64,000 nucleotides of DNA, taken from the NCBI GenBank assembly GCA_900550285.1, contig URRW01000003.1, positions 41,478-105,477 on the forward strand, given 5' to 3'. Shown here one piece after another: positions 28,854 to 39,935 of this stretch. The notes beneath the pieces were generated by a model. It was given only the letters and a program-made list of their open reading frames with translations. It did not search any database and was not told the origin of the DNA. The translations under genes were made by a program, and so were the position numbers. The first letter of the stretch is position 1, and every line of letters starts with the position of its first letter. This DNA comes from an uncultured Lachnospiraceae bacterium (GTDB taxonomy: Bacteria > Bacillota > Clostridia > Lachnospirales > Lachnospiraceae).

Positions 28854-30049
28854 GGACTGCGACAGTTTTGGGTGCTATACGGGGATGGCGTTAAACGACG
28901 GCGATAAAGTCAGAATTTATTACAGCGGTATTATAGATGAGCGGAAGGAACCGTGCGTTGCGTACGGTGAATTTAAAGATGGAAAGATTACGGGCAGGCA
29001 TTTGATCATAGAACGAGATGCCCGGATTAGCGGCAGGGATTTTCGTGATCCGTGCGTTTTTAAGCGCAAAGATGGATTTTACATGCTGATCGGTGCGCAG
29101 AATCCGAAAGGGAAGTATTCTTTTATATAAAGGAGACGATCCGGAAAAATTCCGATGCAAAGGGGAATTGGAGATGGGGGACCGTTTCTTTGGATATATG
29201 CTGGAATGCCCGAATTATTTTGATACAGAAGACGGAGGGGTGCTGTTTTTTTCGCCGATGGGGATCGAAAGCGGAAACAAATATGATTTTAAAAATGTAT
29301 TTTCTGTGATATATGCAAAAGGAGAAAGGCTGGATACGGAAAACTGCCGGGTTGCTTTTGACAATTTTTATGAAATGGATAAAGGGTTTGATTTTTATGC
29401 GCCGCAGACATACCGGGATGGAAAAGGGCGTCAGATTTTAATGGGATGGCTTGGAAACTCAAAGAGCGAATATCCGACAGATAAAAATAACTGGGCGCAT
29501 ATGCTGACAATGCCAAGGGAAATTTTGTGGGATGGGGACAGGATGGTGCAAAGACCGCTGAAAGAGTTGGAACAGCTGCGGGGAAAGAAAAAGGAAATCC
29601 GAAGGGAATGCAGCGTGCAGGAAAAAGCGGGGACTCCGGATGTGATTTTGCCCGAGGGAAGGTGTTCTTTTGAAATAGAGGCGCAGGCGGAAGGCGATTT
29701 CTGGATAGAGCTTTCAAACGAAGCGGGAGACCGCGTATTGTTTCAAGGGGACATCAGGGAGTATGTACTGGACAGGGGAGGGATGAGTTATGTGTATGCA
29801 GAGCGTTTTGGAACGGTACGTTATGCACAGCGTCTGGAGAAGCGGCAAAGCCTGCGCGTGTTTGCAGACCGGTCCAGTCTGGAGATTTTTGCGGACGGAG
29901 GAAAAACAGTATTTACGACGAGAGTTTTTCTGGAAGGGCAGATTACGCTGCGCGTAAGGGGGCTGGAAGGAACGATGTATTTTTTAAATGGGATCGAAAT
30001 GGACAGGAGCGCGAGGCGCTTGACAGGTGTGAAGGATATTGAAAAATAA
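28786..30049 (+). pseudogene. GH32 sucrose-6-phosphate hydrolase / beta-fructofuranosidase, 5'-truncated and frameshifted
   Basis: Two overlapping ORFs in different frames carry GH32 motifs (FRDPCVF then MLECPNYF, FDFYAPQTY). The N-terminal WMNDPNG nucleophile region is absent. Frameshift near 29100-29125. Confidence 0.7.
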
Positions 30050-30066
30050 AGTTTTGAGACAGGTAA

Positions 30067-30098
30067 GGGCGGAGAAATCCGCCTTTATACTTTTTTCA
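30067..30098 (+). terminator. Terminator after the GH32 pseudogene
   Basis: GGCGGA-gaaa-TCCGCC followed by TTTATACTTTTTT. Confidence 0.6.
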
Positions 30099-30130
30099 TA
30101 CTTTATTCACAAGTATTTTCTGAAAAGCGG

Positions 30131-30159
30131 TTGACAATATGCAGGGGGAGTGCTATCTT
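30131..30159 (+). promoter_or_regulatory. sigmaA-type promoter of the hrcA-dnaK operon
   Basis: TTGACA-17 nt-TATCTT immediately upstream of CIRCE. Confidence 0.6.
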
Positions 30160-30176
30160 AAACATCAGAAAGCGTT

Positions 30177-30203
30177 AGCACTCAAACGAGATGAGTGCTA
30201 ATA
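30177..30203 (+). promoter_or_regulatory. CIRCE operator (HrcA binding site)
   Basis: Perfect TTAGCACTC-N9-GAGTGCTAA between the hrcA promoter and start codon. Confidence 0.9.
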
Positions 30204-30224
30204 AGACAAAAGGCAGGTGAGAGC

Positions 30225-31253
30225 GTGGAACTGGACGAGAGAAAAAAGAAGATTCTGCAGGCGGTGATCCGGAACTATCTGGAAACGGGCGAGCCGGTGG
30301 GCAGCAGGACGATTTCCAAAGATACCGATCTGAATCTGAGTTCCGCGACGATCCGCAATGAGATGTCTGATCTGGAGGAGATGGGCTACATCCTGCAGCC
30401 CCACACCTCGGCAGGGCGGATCCCTTCCGACAAGGGCTATCGCTTCTATGTAGATACGATGCTGGAGGAGAGGGAGCGCGAGGTCGAGGAGCTCAAAGGG
30501 CTTCTTCTGGAGAAGGACGAGAAGATGGACACCTTTTTAAAGCGGGTGGCAAGGGTTCTGGCGACCAACACCAATTATGCGGCGATGATCACGAGCCCGC
30601 AGTGCCAGCGCAACAAGTTGAAATTCATCCAGCTTTCCAGAGTGGACGAACATCAGATCCTGGCGGTTGTGGTCGTAGAAGGCAATGTGATCAAAAATAC
30701 GATACTCCATGTGGAAGAGGATCTGGACGACGCGGCGCTGTTAAAGCTCAACATCCTTTTGAACACACACTTGAACGGGCTTTCCATCGACGAAATCAAC
30801 CTCGGGATGATTTCTGCGATGAAGCAGCAGGCAGGGATACACAGCTCGATTGTGAGCGGCGTGGTGGACGCGGTCGCGGAGGCGATCCGGTCGGATGAAG
30901 ATCTCAGGATCTACACAAGCGGCACGAACAACATCCTCAAATATCCGGAGCTGACGGACAACCGGGAGAAAGCCAGCGAGCTGATCAATGTTTTCGAGGA
31001 AAAGAAGGCGCTGGGAGAGCTGGTGCAGGAAACGCTTTCCGATGAGAACAGCACCGGTATTCAGGTCTATATCGGCAATGAGACGCCGGTCCAGTCGATG
31101 AAGGACTGCAGCGTGGTAACGGCGACCTATGAGCTGGGCGAGGGCATGCGCGGTACGATCGGCATTATCGGCCCGAAGAGAATGGATTACGACAAGGTCA
31201 TCGGCACGTTGAAGACGCTGATGAACGAATTGGATACTTTATATAAAAAGTAG
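30225..31253 (+). CDS. hrcA: Heat-inducible transcription repressor HrcA
   Basis: HrcA N-terminus (ELDERKKKILQAVIRNYLETGEPVGSRTI). Start placed at the GTG downstream of CIRCE. Confidence 0.9.
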   Translation: MELDERKKKILQAVIRNYLETGEPVGSRTISKDTDLNLSSATIRNEMSDLEEMGYILQPHTSAGRIPSDKGYRFYVDTMLEEREREVEELKGLLLEKDEKMDTFLKRVARVLATNTNYAAMITSPQCQRNKLKFIQLSRVDEHQILAVVVVEGNVIKNTILHVEEDLDDAALLKLNILLNTHLNGLSIDEINLGMISAMKQQAGIHSSIVSGVVDAVAEAIRSDEDLRIYTSGTNNILKYPELTDNREKASELINVFEEKKALGELVQETLSDENSTGIQVYIGNETPVQSMKDCSVVTATYELGEGMRGTIGIIGPKRMDYDKVIGTLKTLMNELDTLYKK

Positions 31254-31267
31254 AAAGGAAGGCAGAC

Positions 31268-31900
31268 GTGGCAGACGAAAGAATGGACGAAGAATTAAAG
31301 CAGGAGAACGCCGGTCAGGAGCAGCCTGATTGCGAAGACGCCTGCGATACAGCGGCGGAGCCGGAAACGGAGGCAGAAGCGGAAGACGGCGGACAGGCGG
31401 AAGCGGCAGACGGCGACGGCAAAGAGAAGAAAGGATTTTTCTCCAAGAAAAAGAAGGAAGATCCGATGAAAGCGCAGGTCAGTGAGCTTCAGGACAAGGT
31501 AATGCGCCAGATGGCTGAATTCGAGAATTTCCGGAAGCGCTCCGAAAAGGAAAAGGCAGCGATGTTCGAGACGGGCGCCAAGAGCGTGATCGAGAAGATC
31601 CTTCCGGTTGTGGATAATTTCGAGAGAGGGCTGGCGATGGTTCCGGAAGAGGAAAAGGAAGCTCCTTTCGTGGACGGCATGACAAAGATTTACAAGCAGC
31701 TTCTGACGGAGCTTGAAAATCTGGGCGTGACCCCGATCGAGGCGGTCGGCAGGGAGTTTGACCCCAACTTCCACAATGCGGTAATGCAGGTCGCAAACGA
31801 CGAGCTGGAGCCGGGAACGGTGGCACAGGAGCTCTTAAAGGGCTACATGTACCGGGATTCCGTTGTGCGTCACAGCATGGTTGCGGTCGTTCAGGAATAA
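31268..31900 (+). CDS. grpE: Nucleotide exchange factor GrpE
   Basis: GrpE family similarity; operon position between hrcA and dnaK. Confidence 0.9.
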   Translation: MADERMDEELKQENAGQEQPDCEDACDTAAEPETEAEAEDGGQAEAADGDGKEKKGFFSKKKKEDPMKAQVSELQDKVMRQMAEFENFRKRSEKEKAAMFETGAKSVIEKILPVVDNFERGLAMVPEEEKEAPFVDGMTKIYKQLLTELENLGVTPIEAVGREFDPNFHNAVMQVANDELEPGTVAQELLKGYMYRDSVVRHSMVAVVQE

Positions 31901-31925
31901 CGGCGGGGCAGACAGCCGGGATTAA

Positions 31926-33899
<1,974 letters not shown>

Positions 33900-33990
33900 A
33901 ATAGTACCGGGTTTCAAAAGAGCGGGGGGACCAATTCATTGGTCCCTATCCGTGCGTGTGGGGATAAGCTTTTAAAGGAGTTTTTTAGTT

Positions 33991-35154
33991 ATGGCGGAAC
34001 AGAAAAGAGATTATTATGAAGTCCTCGGTGTGGATAAAAATGCCGATGACGCCGCTCTCAAAAAGGCATATCGTGCTCTGGCAAAAAAATATCATCCGGA
34101 TATGAATCCGGGCGATCAGGAAGCGGAGAAGAAGTTTAAGGAAGCGTCTGAAGCTTACGCGGTTTTGAGCGATCCGGAGAAGAGACGCAAGTACGACCAG
34201 TTCGGACATGCGGCGTTTGACGGCGGCGCAGGCGGAGCGGGGGGCTTTGACTTCAACAGTGCGGATTTTGGCGACATTTTCGGGGATATTTTCGGTGACC
34301 TCTTCGGCGGCCGCAGAAGCTCCGGAGCAAGAAGCGGTCCCATGAAGGGCGCGAATCTGCGTACGAGCGTGAGGATCACCTTTGAGGAAGCGGTATTCGG
34401 AACCGAAAAAGAGATCGAGCTGACAGTCAAGGAAGAGTGCAAGACCTGTCACGGTACGGGCGTAAAGCCGGGCACAAGCCCGGAGACGTGCTCCAAGTGC
34501 GGCGGCAAGGGTCAGGTCGTATTTACCCAGCAGTCGTTCTTCGGGACAGTCCGCAACGTACAGACCTGTCCGGACTGCGGCGGCAGCGGCAAGATCATCA
34601 AGGAGAAGTGTACGGACTGCCGCGGAACAGGCTATGTCCCGATGAAGAAGCGGTTTGCAGTAACGATCCCGGCAGGCATCGACAACGGCCAGTGCAAGCG
34701 TCTGGCAGGTCAGGGCGAGCCAGGTGTAAACGGCGGGCCCAGAGGCGATGTGCTCGTAGAGGTGATCGTCGGACAGCATCCGATCTTCCAGCGTCAGGAC
34801 GTCAATATTTATTCTACCGTGCCCGTTTCCTTTGCGGTTGCGGCGCTGGGCGGTGAGATTGTGATCGACACCGTGGACGGCAAGGTAATTTATGATGTAA
34901 AAGCCGGAACGCAGACCGATACGAGGGTGCGTTTAAAGGGCAAGGGCGTTCCTTCCCTGCGCAACAAGGATATGCGCGGCGACCATTATGTGACGCTTGT
35001 GGTACAGACGCCCGAGCATCTGTCCTTCGAGGCAAAGGAGCTTCTGCGTAAATTCGACGAAGCGTCGGGCGACAGCCTGCATGCGGCGGAGCGTCTGAAT
35101 GAGGACGGGCATCCGCATCATAAGGAAAAGAAGAAGCGGGGATTTTTTAAATAA
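33991..35154 (+). CDS. dnaJ: Chaperone DnaJ
   Basis: J-domain with HPD, G/F region, four CxxCxGxG zinc-finger repeats. Confidence 0.95.
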   Translation: MAEQKRDYYEVLGVDKNADDAALKKAYRALAKKYHPDMNPGDQEAEKKFKEASEAYAVLSDPEKRRKYDQFGHAAFDGGAGGAGGFDFNSADFGDIFGDIFGDLFGGRRSSGARSGPMKGANLRTSVRITFEEAVFGTEKEIELTVKEECKTCHGTGVKPGTSPETCSKCGGKGQVVFTQQSFFGTVRNVQTCPDCGGSGKIIKEKCTDCRGTGYVPMKKRFAVTIPAGIDNGQCKRLAGQGEPGVNGGPRGDVLVEVIVGQHPIFQRQDVNIYSTVPVSFAVAALGGEIVIDTVDGKVIYDVKAGTQTDTRVRLKGKGVPSLRNKDMRGDHYVTLVVQTPEHLSFEAKELLRKFDEASGDSLHAAERLNEDGHPHHKEKKKRGFFK

Positions 35155-35177
35155 GGTCTGACAGCGGAATGATTTTA

Positions 35178-35221
35178 CAGGCGTTTTGTGCATTTTGCGG
35201 ATGCACAAACGCCTGTTTTTG
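35178..35221 (+). terminator. Rho-independent terminator after dnaJ
   Basis: CAGGCGTTTTGTGCAT-tttgcgg-ATGCACAAACGCCTG followed by TTTTT. prmA then has its own TTGTGC-16-TATAGT-like promoter. Confidence 0.8.
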
Positions 35222-35266
35222 TGCTATCATAAAATACTGATATAGTCTACCCGGAGGGAAAACCTT

Positions 35267-36253
35267 ATGAAATGGAAAAAATTTAAGATAAAAACAGTAA
35301 CCGAAGCAGAGGACATCATTATCAGCACCCTTTATGACATCGGGCTGGAAGGCGCGCAGATCGAGGACAAGGTTCCGCTGACAGCGATGGAGAAGGAGCA
35401 GATGTTTGTGGACATCCTGCCGGAAGGCCCCGAGGACGACGGCATCGCGTATCTGAGCTTTTTTGTAGAAGAAAAAGAGGACGGCAGCCTGGAATTAAAC
35501 GGCGAGCCTGTGACGGAAGAAGAGATCTGCCGGCAGGTCAGGGAGGAGCTGGATGGTCTGCGCGTATTCTGTGAGATCGGTGAGGGCAGCATTGCGGTGG
35601 ACGAGACGGAGGACATCGACTGGATCAACAACTGGAAGCAGTATTTCCACCAGTTTTATATCGACGACCTTCTGGTGATCCCTTCGTGGGAGGACGTAAA
35701 GCCGGAGGACGAGGACAGGATGGTGCTGCACATCGATCCGGGCACGGCGTTCGGCACGGGAATGCACGAAACGACCCAGCTGTGCATCCGCCAGCTCAAA
35801 AAATTCATCACGCCGGAAACGGAGCTCCTGGACGTGGGAACCGGAAGCGGCATCCTTGCGATCCTGTCTCTGATGTATGGCGCGAAGCATGCGGTCGGGA
35901 CAGACCTCGATCCCTGTGCGGTGGAAGCGGTAGCGGACAACATGAAAAACAACGGCATTGCGCCGGAGCAGTTTTCCATGATGATCGGCAACATCATTAC
36001 GGAGAAAGAGGTTCAGGACGAGGTCGGCTATGAGAAATATGACATCGTTGTGGCAAACATTCTGGCGGACGTGCTCGTGCCGCTGACTCCCGTGATCGTA
36101 AACCAGCTCAAAAAAGGCGGCGTTTATATTACATCCGGCATCATTGACGATAAGGAAACGGTCGTGACAGAAGCGGTAAAGGCGGCAGGGCTTGAGGTGC
36201 TGGAAGTGACCTATCAGGGCGAGTGGGTAAGCGTGACTGCCCGCAAGAACTAA
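35267..36253 (+). CDS. prmA: Ribosomal protein L11 methyltransferase
   Basis: PrmA family; SAM motif DVGTGSGILAI; follows dnaJ as in the B. subtilis dnaK operon. Confidence 0.9.
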   Translation: MKWKKFKIKTVTEAEDIIISTLYDIGLEGAQIEDKVPLTAMEKEQMFVDILPEGPEDDGIAYLSFFVEEKEDGSLELNGEPVTEEEICRQVREELDGLRVFCEIGEGSIAVDETEDIDWINNWKQYFHQFYIDDLLVIPSWEDVKPEDEDRMVLHIDPGTAFGTGMHETTQLCIRQLKKFITPETELLDVGTGSGILAILSLMYGAKHAVGTDLDPCAVEAVADNMKNNGIAPEQFSMMIGNIITEKEVQDEVGYEKYDIVVANILADVLVPLTPVIVNQLKKGGVYITSGIIDDKETVVTEAVKAAGLEVLEVTYQGEWVSVTARKN

Positions 36254-36267
36254 AGAGGAAGCGGGAC

Positions 36268-37008
36268 ATGTATCAGTTTTTTGTAGAGCCTTCCCAGATT
36301 CAGGGAAACCGGATCGTGATCGCAGGAAGCGATGTGAACCATATCAAAAATGTGCTCCGCATGAAGCCCGGCGAGGAGATCGCAGTTTCCAACGGGACTG
36401 ACGGCAAAGAATACCGCTGCGGCATTGAAGAGATTTTGGAGGACGAGGTGGTGTGCAGCCTCCGTTTTGTGAAGGAGGATGGACTGGAACTGCCCGCCCG
36501 CGTGACCTTTTTTCAGGGGCTGCCGAAAGCGGACAAGATGGAGCTTATCGTGCAGAAGCTGGTGGAGCTGGGCGCATACCGCATCGTGCCGGTTTCGATG
36601 AAAAGAAGCGTCGTCCGTCTGGATGAAAAAAAGGCGGGGGCGAAGCGGGAGCGCTGGCAGGCGATCGCAGAGTCCGCGGCAAAGCAGAGCAAGCGCAGGA
36701 TCGTCCCTGAGGTAGGCGCGGTGTGCACGATGAAGGAGGCGCTGCAGCAGTGCGCTGCGATGGATGTAAAGCTTTTGCCCTATGAGCTTTCGGAAGGAAT
36801 GCCCCGGACAAAGGAGCTGATCGGAGGCGTAAAGCCCGGTCAGGAAATCGCCGTTTTCATCGGGCCGGAGGGCGGCTTTGAAGAGGCAGAGGTGGAGCTT
36901 GCGCGCAGCGCAGGCTTTGAGGCGGTCACGCTCGGAAAGCGCATCCTGCGCACGGAAACGGCGGGACTTACGGTAATGGCATGGCTGATGTATCAGCTGG
37001 AAGAGTGA
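36268..37008 (+). CDS. rsmE: 16S rRNA (uracil1498-N3)-methyltransferase RsmE
   Basis: RsmE/YqeU family similarity; ATG 36268 with an RBS; conserved position after prmA. Confidence 0.85.
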   Translation: MYQFFVEPSQIQGNRIVIAGSDVNHIKNVLRMKPGEEIAVSNGTDGKEYRCGIEEILEDEVVCSLRFVKEDGLELPARVTFFQGLPKADKMELIVQKLVELGAYRIVPVSMKRSVVRLDEKKAGAKRERWQAIAESAAKQSKRRIVPEVGAVCTMKEALQQCAAMDVKLLPYELSEGMPRTKELIGGVKPGQEIAVFIGPEGGFEEAEVELARSAGFEAVTLGKRILRTETAGLTVMAWLMYQLEE

Positions 37009-37056
37009 CTGCATATGATAGGATATAATACAGTCAGAAAAAGCAGGTGAAATGTT

Positions 37057-38217
37057 ATGGAATGTTATCTGGACAATTCGGCGACCACGCGGTGCACAGA
37101 GGGCGTTGCGCAGGTGATGACCGAAGTGATGTGCAGCGCATACGGGAATCCGTCCAGTCTGCATCATAAAGGAGTCGAGGCGGAGCGGTATGTCCGGGAG
37201 GCGCGGGAGACGATCGCAAAGACGTTGAAATGTGCGCCGAAGGAGATTTTTTTCACATCCGGAGGAACAGAGTCGGATAATCTGGCGATCCGGGGGGCGG
37301 CATACGCCAATGCGCGGCAGGGGCGGCATCTGATCACGACGTCGGTGGAGCATCCGGCGGTCCTGAATACGATGCAGTATCTGGAACAGCAGGGCTATGA
37401 GGTAACGTATCTTCCGGTAGATGAGTATGGGCGCGTGCGCCTTTCCGAACTGGAAGCGGCGATCCGTCCCGACACGATCCTTGTGTCCATGATGCATACG
37501 AACAACGAGATCGGCGCGCTGGAGCCCATCGAGGCGGCGGGGGAGCTGATCAAGCGGGTGAACCCGAATACGCTGTTTCATGTGGATGCGGTGCAGGGGT
37601 ATGGCAAGAGCCGTATTTATGTAAAACGGATGAAAATCGACATGCTTTCGGTTTCCGCGCACAAGATCCACGGTCCGAAGGGGACGGGATTTTTATATGT
37701 GGGCGATAAGGTAAAGATCCGTCCGGTCGTATTCGGCGGCGGTCAGGAGCGAGGGCTGCGCTCCGGCACGGAAAATGTCCCGGCGATCGCAGGCATGGCG
37801 CGGGCGGCAGAGGAAATTTACCGGAATCTGGACGAGGATGCGGAACGCATGTATGAGCTGCGCGCCCGTCTGGAAGAGGGGATCATGCGGCTGGAAAATG
37901 TGCGCTTCAACACCCTTCCCGGCAGGGAAAGCGCGCCCCATGTGCTGAGCGTATCCTTTGCGGGCGTGCGCAGCGAGGTGCTTCTGCATGCGCTGGAGGA
38001 TAAGGGAATCTATGTTTCGGCGGGAAGCGCCTGCGCGTCAAATCATCCGGAGACGTCCGGCTCTGCGACGCTTCGGGCGATCGGACTGGAAAAGGAGCTG
38101 CTCAATTCCACGATCCGTTTCAGCCTTTCGCCGTTTACGACAGAGGAAGAAATCAATTATACCGTACAGGCGCTGGAAGAGCTGGTTCCGATGCTGCGCC
38201 GCTACACGAGACGATAA
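37057..38217 (+). CDS. Cysteine desulfurase (NifS/IscS family), PLP-dependent
   Basis: Class V aminotransferase fold; PLP lysine in SVSAHKIHGPKG; active-site Cys in SAGSACAS. Confidence 0.9.
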   Translation: MECYLDNSATTRCTEGVAQVMTEVMCSAYGNPSSLHHKGVEAERYVREARETIAKTLKCAPKEIFFTSGGTESDNLAIRGAAYANARQGRHLITTSVEHPAVLNTMQYLEQQGYEVTYLPVDEYGRVRLSELEAAIRPDTILVSMMHTNNEIGALEPIEAAGELIKRVNPNTLFHVDAVQGYGKSRIYVKRMKIDMLSVSAHKIHGPKGTGFLYVGDKVKIRPVVFGGGQERGLRSGTENVPAIAGMARAAEEIYRNLDEDAERMYELRARLEEGIMRLENVRFNTLPGRESAPHVLSVSFAGVRSEVLLHALEDKGIYVSAGSACASNHPETSGSATLRAIGLEKELLNSTIRFSLSPFTTEEEINYTVQALEELVPMLRRYTRR

Positions 38218-38274
38218 AGGCTGACAGTTTGACTGCGGCGGGGCAAAGCCGCTGCACGAAAGAGAGAGGAAAAC

Positions 38275-39459
38275 ATGGTTTTTAAAGCTTTTTTGATCAA
38301 ATACGCTGAAATCGGCGTAAAAGGCAAGAACAGGGATATTTTTGAGGAAGCCCTGTGCCGCCAGATAAAATATGCGTTAAAGCGCTGCGAAGGGGAATTT
38401 GCGGTGCGCCGGACGAGAGGACGCATCTATATCGACGTGCTGTCCGACTATGATTATGAGGAAACGGTGGAAAATCTGAAGACAGTCTGCGGCGTCAGCG
38501 CCATCTGCCCGATGGTGCAGCTGGAGGACGAGGGCTTCGATAAGCTGTGTGAGGATGTGATTTCCTATGTGGACGCGCAGTATCCGGACAAAAGCTTTAC
38601 CTTTAAGGTACATGCGCGCCGCGCCCGCAAAAATTATCCGGTGGAATCCATGGAAATCAACGCCCGTCTGGGAGAGAAGCTGCTGGACGCATTCCCGGAG
38701 ATCCGCGTGGACGTGCACCGTCCCGACGTGATGCTTTATGTGGAGATCCGCGAGCACATTTATGTATATTCGATCGAAATTCCGGGGCCGGGCGGAATGC
38801 CGGTGGGAACCAACGGCAAGGCGATGCTTCTTTTGTCCGGCGGCATCGATTCCCCGGTAGCGGGCTTCATGGTGGCAAAGCGCGGCGTGAAGATCGACGC
38901 GGTTTATTTTCACGCGCCCCCGTATACGAGCGAACGGGCAAAGCAGAAGGTTGTGGATTTGGCAAGGCTGGTTGCGAGATACAGCGGGCCGATCCATCTG
39001 CATGTGATCAATTTTACGGAAATCCAGCTTGCGATTTATGAAAAATGCCCGCACGATGAGCTGACGATCATCATGCGCCGCTATATGATGAAGATTGCGG
39101 AGGAGATCGCCAAAAAGACGGAATGCCTCGGTCTGATCACCGGCGAGAGCATCGGTCAGGTGGCGAGCCAGACGATCCAGTCCCTTGCGGTAACGAACGA
39201 GGTCTGCACCCTTCCGGTATTCCGTCCGTGCATCGGGCTGGACAAGCAGGAGATCGTGGAGATTTCTGAAAAGATCGGCACATATGAAACGTCGATCCAG
39301 CCGTTTGAGGACTGCTGTACGATCTTTGTGGCAAAGCATCCTGTGACGAAGCCGAACCTGAACGTGATCAAGAGACACGAAGAAAATCTGGCGGACTGTA
39401 TCGGGGAGATGATGCAGAGGGCGCTGGACAGCGCAGAAGTGCTCGTTGTGGAGGCGTAA
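38275..39459 (+). CDS. thiI: tRNA 4-thiouridine(8) synthase ThiI
   Basis: THUMP domain plus PP-loop SGGIDSPVA. Confidence 0.9.
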   Translation: MVFKAFLIKYAEIGVKGKNRDIFEEALCRQIKYALKRCEGEFAVRRTRGRIYIDVLSDYDYEETVENLKTVCGVSAICPMVQLEDEGFDKLCEDVISYVDAQYPDKSFTFKVHARRARKNYPVESMEINARLGEKLLDAFPEIRVDVHRPDVMLYVEIREHIYVYSIEIPGPGGMPVGTNGKAMLLLSGGIDSPVAGFMVAKRGVKIDAVYFHAPPYTSERAKQKVVDLARLVARYSGPIHLHVINFTEIQLAIYEKCPHDELTIIMRRYMMKIAEEIAKKTECLGLITGESIGQVASQTIQSLAVTNEVCTLPVFRPCIGLDKQEIVEISEKIGTYETSIQPFEDCCTIFVAKHPVTKPNLNVIKRHEENLADCIGEMMQRALDSAEVLVVEA

Positions 39460-39476
39460 GGGATTTTAAGAAAAAA

Positions 39477-39498
39477 GGTGTGCGCTGCAGCGCACACC
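39477..39498. terminator. Perfect 22-nt palindrome between convergent thiI and the HPr-like gene (bidirectional terminator)
   Basis: GGTGTGCGCTGCAGCGCACACC with an A6 run on the 5' side (a T run on the minus strand). Confidence 0.7.
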
Positions 39499-39602
39499 TG
39501 CTTCCCGGCAGCCGGGATCTGACAGAGAGCAGGATTTTTCGGGCGCACAAAAAAAGGACTATGCGGTTTGCGCATAATCCCTTTGGTGCGTCGGAATCCC
39601 GA

Positions 39603-39833
39603 TTAGATCAGGTAAGGCTTGAGGACTTCAAGAACAGCCTCAGCGTTGTCCTCTGCATGGATGTTTAAGTCGATCGGCTTGGAAAGATCCAGGCTGAAGA
39701 TACCCATGATGGACTTCGCGTCGATTACGTATCTGCCGGATACTAAATCGAAGTCGTAATCGAATTTGGTAATATCGTTAACGAAAGATTTTACCTTGTC
39801 GATAGAGTTTAAGGAAATCTGAACTGTTTTCAT
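39603..39833 (-). CDS. HPr-fold protein lacking the His15 phosphorylation site
   Basis: 76 aa. Motif KSIMGIFSLDL is HPr-like (Ser46 region conserved); no His at the position of the GIHARPA motif. Confidence 0.5.
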   Translation of the reverse strand: MKTVQISLNSIDKVKSFVNDITKFDYDFDLVSGRYVIDAKSIMGIFSLDLSKPIDLNIHAEDNAEAVLEVLKPYLI

Positions 39834-39935
39834 TTTTTATTTACCTCCTTTAGGTTCATACCTTCTGCCCATATATTAACAAACTATAGCATCAAAAGTC
39901 AATTATCAAACATAACAAAAATGGTGGAGAATACT

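Noticed and set aside
28786-28860. Apparent GH32 N-terminus beginning MGLPSRGLSRFLWDVW at the listed ORF start
   Set aside because: These first ~15 codons overlap the genuine EIIC C-terminus in another frame. Convincing GH32 similarity only begins around AELYPSEDCDSFGCYTG, so the listed ATG is not a real start.
36250-37671. 473-aa minus-strand ORF
   Set aside because: Antisense to the rsmE and cysteine desulfurase genes.
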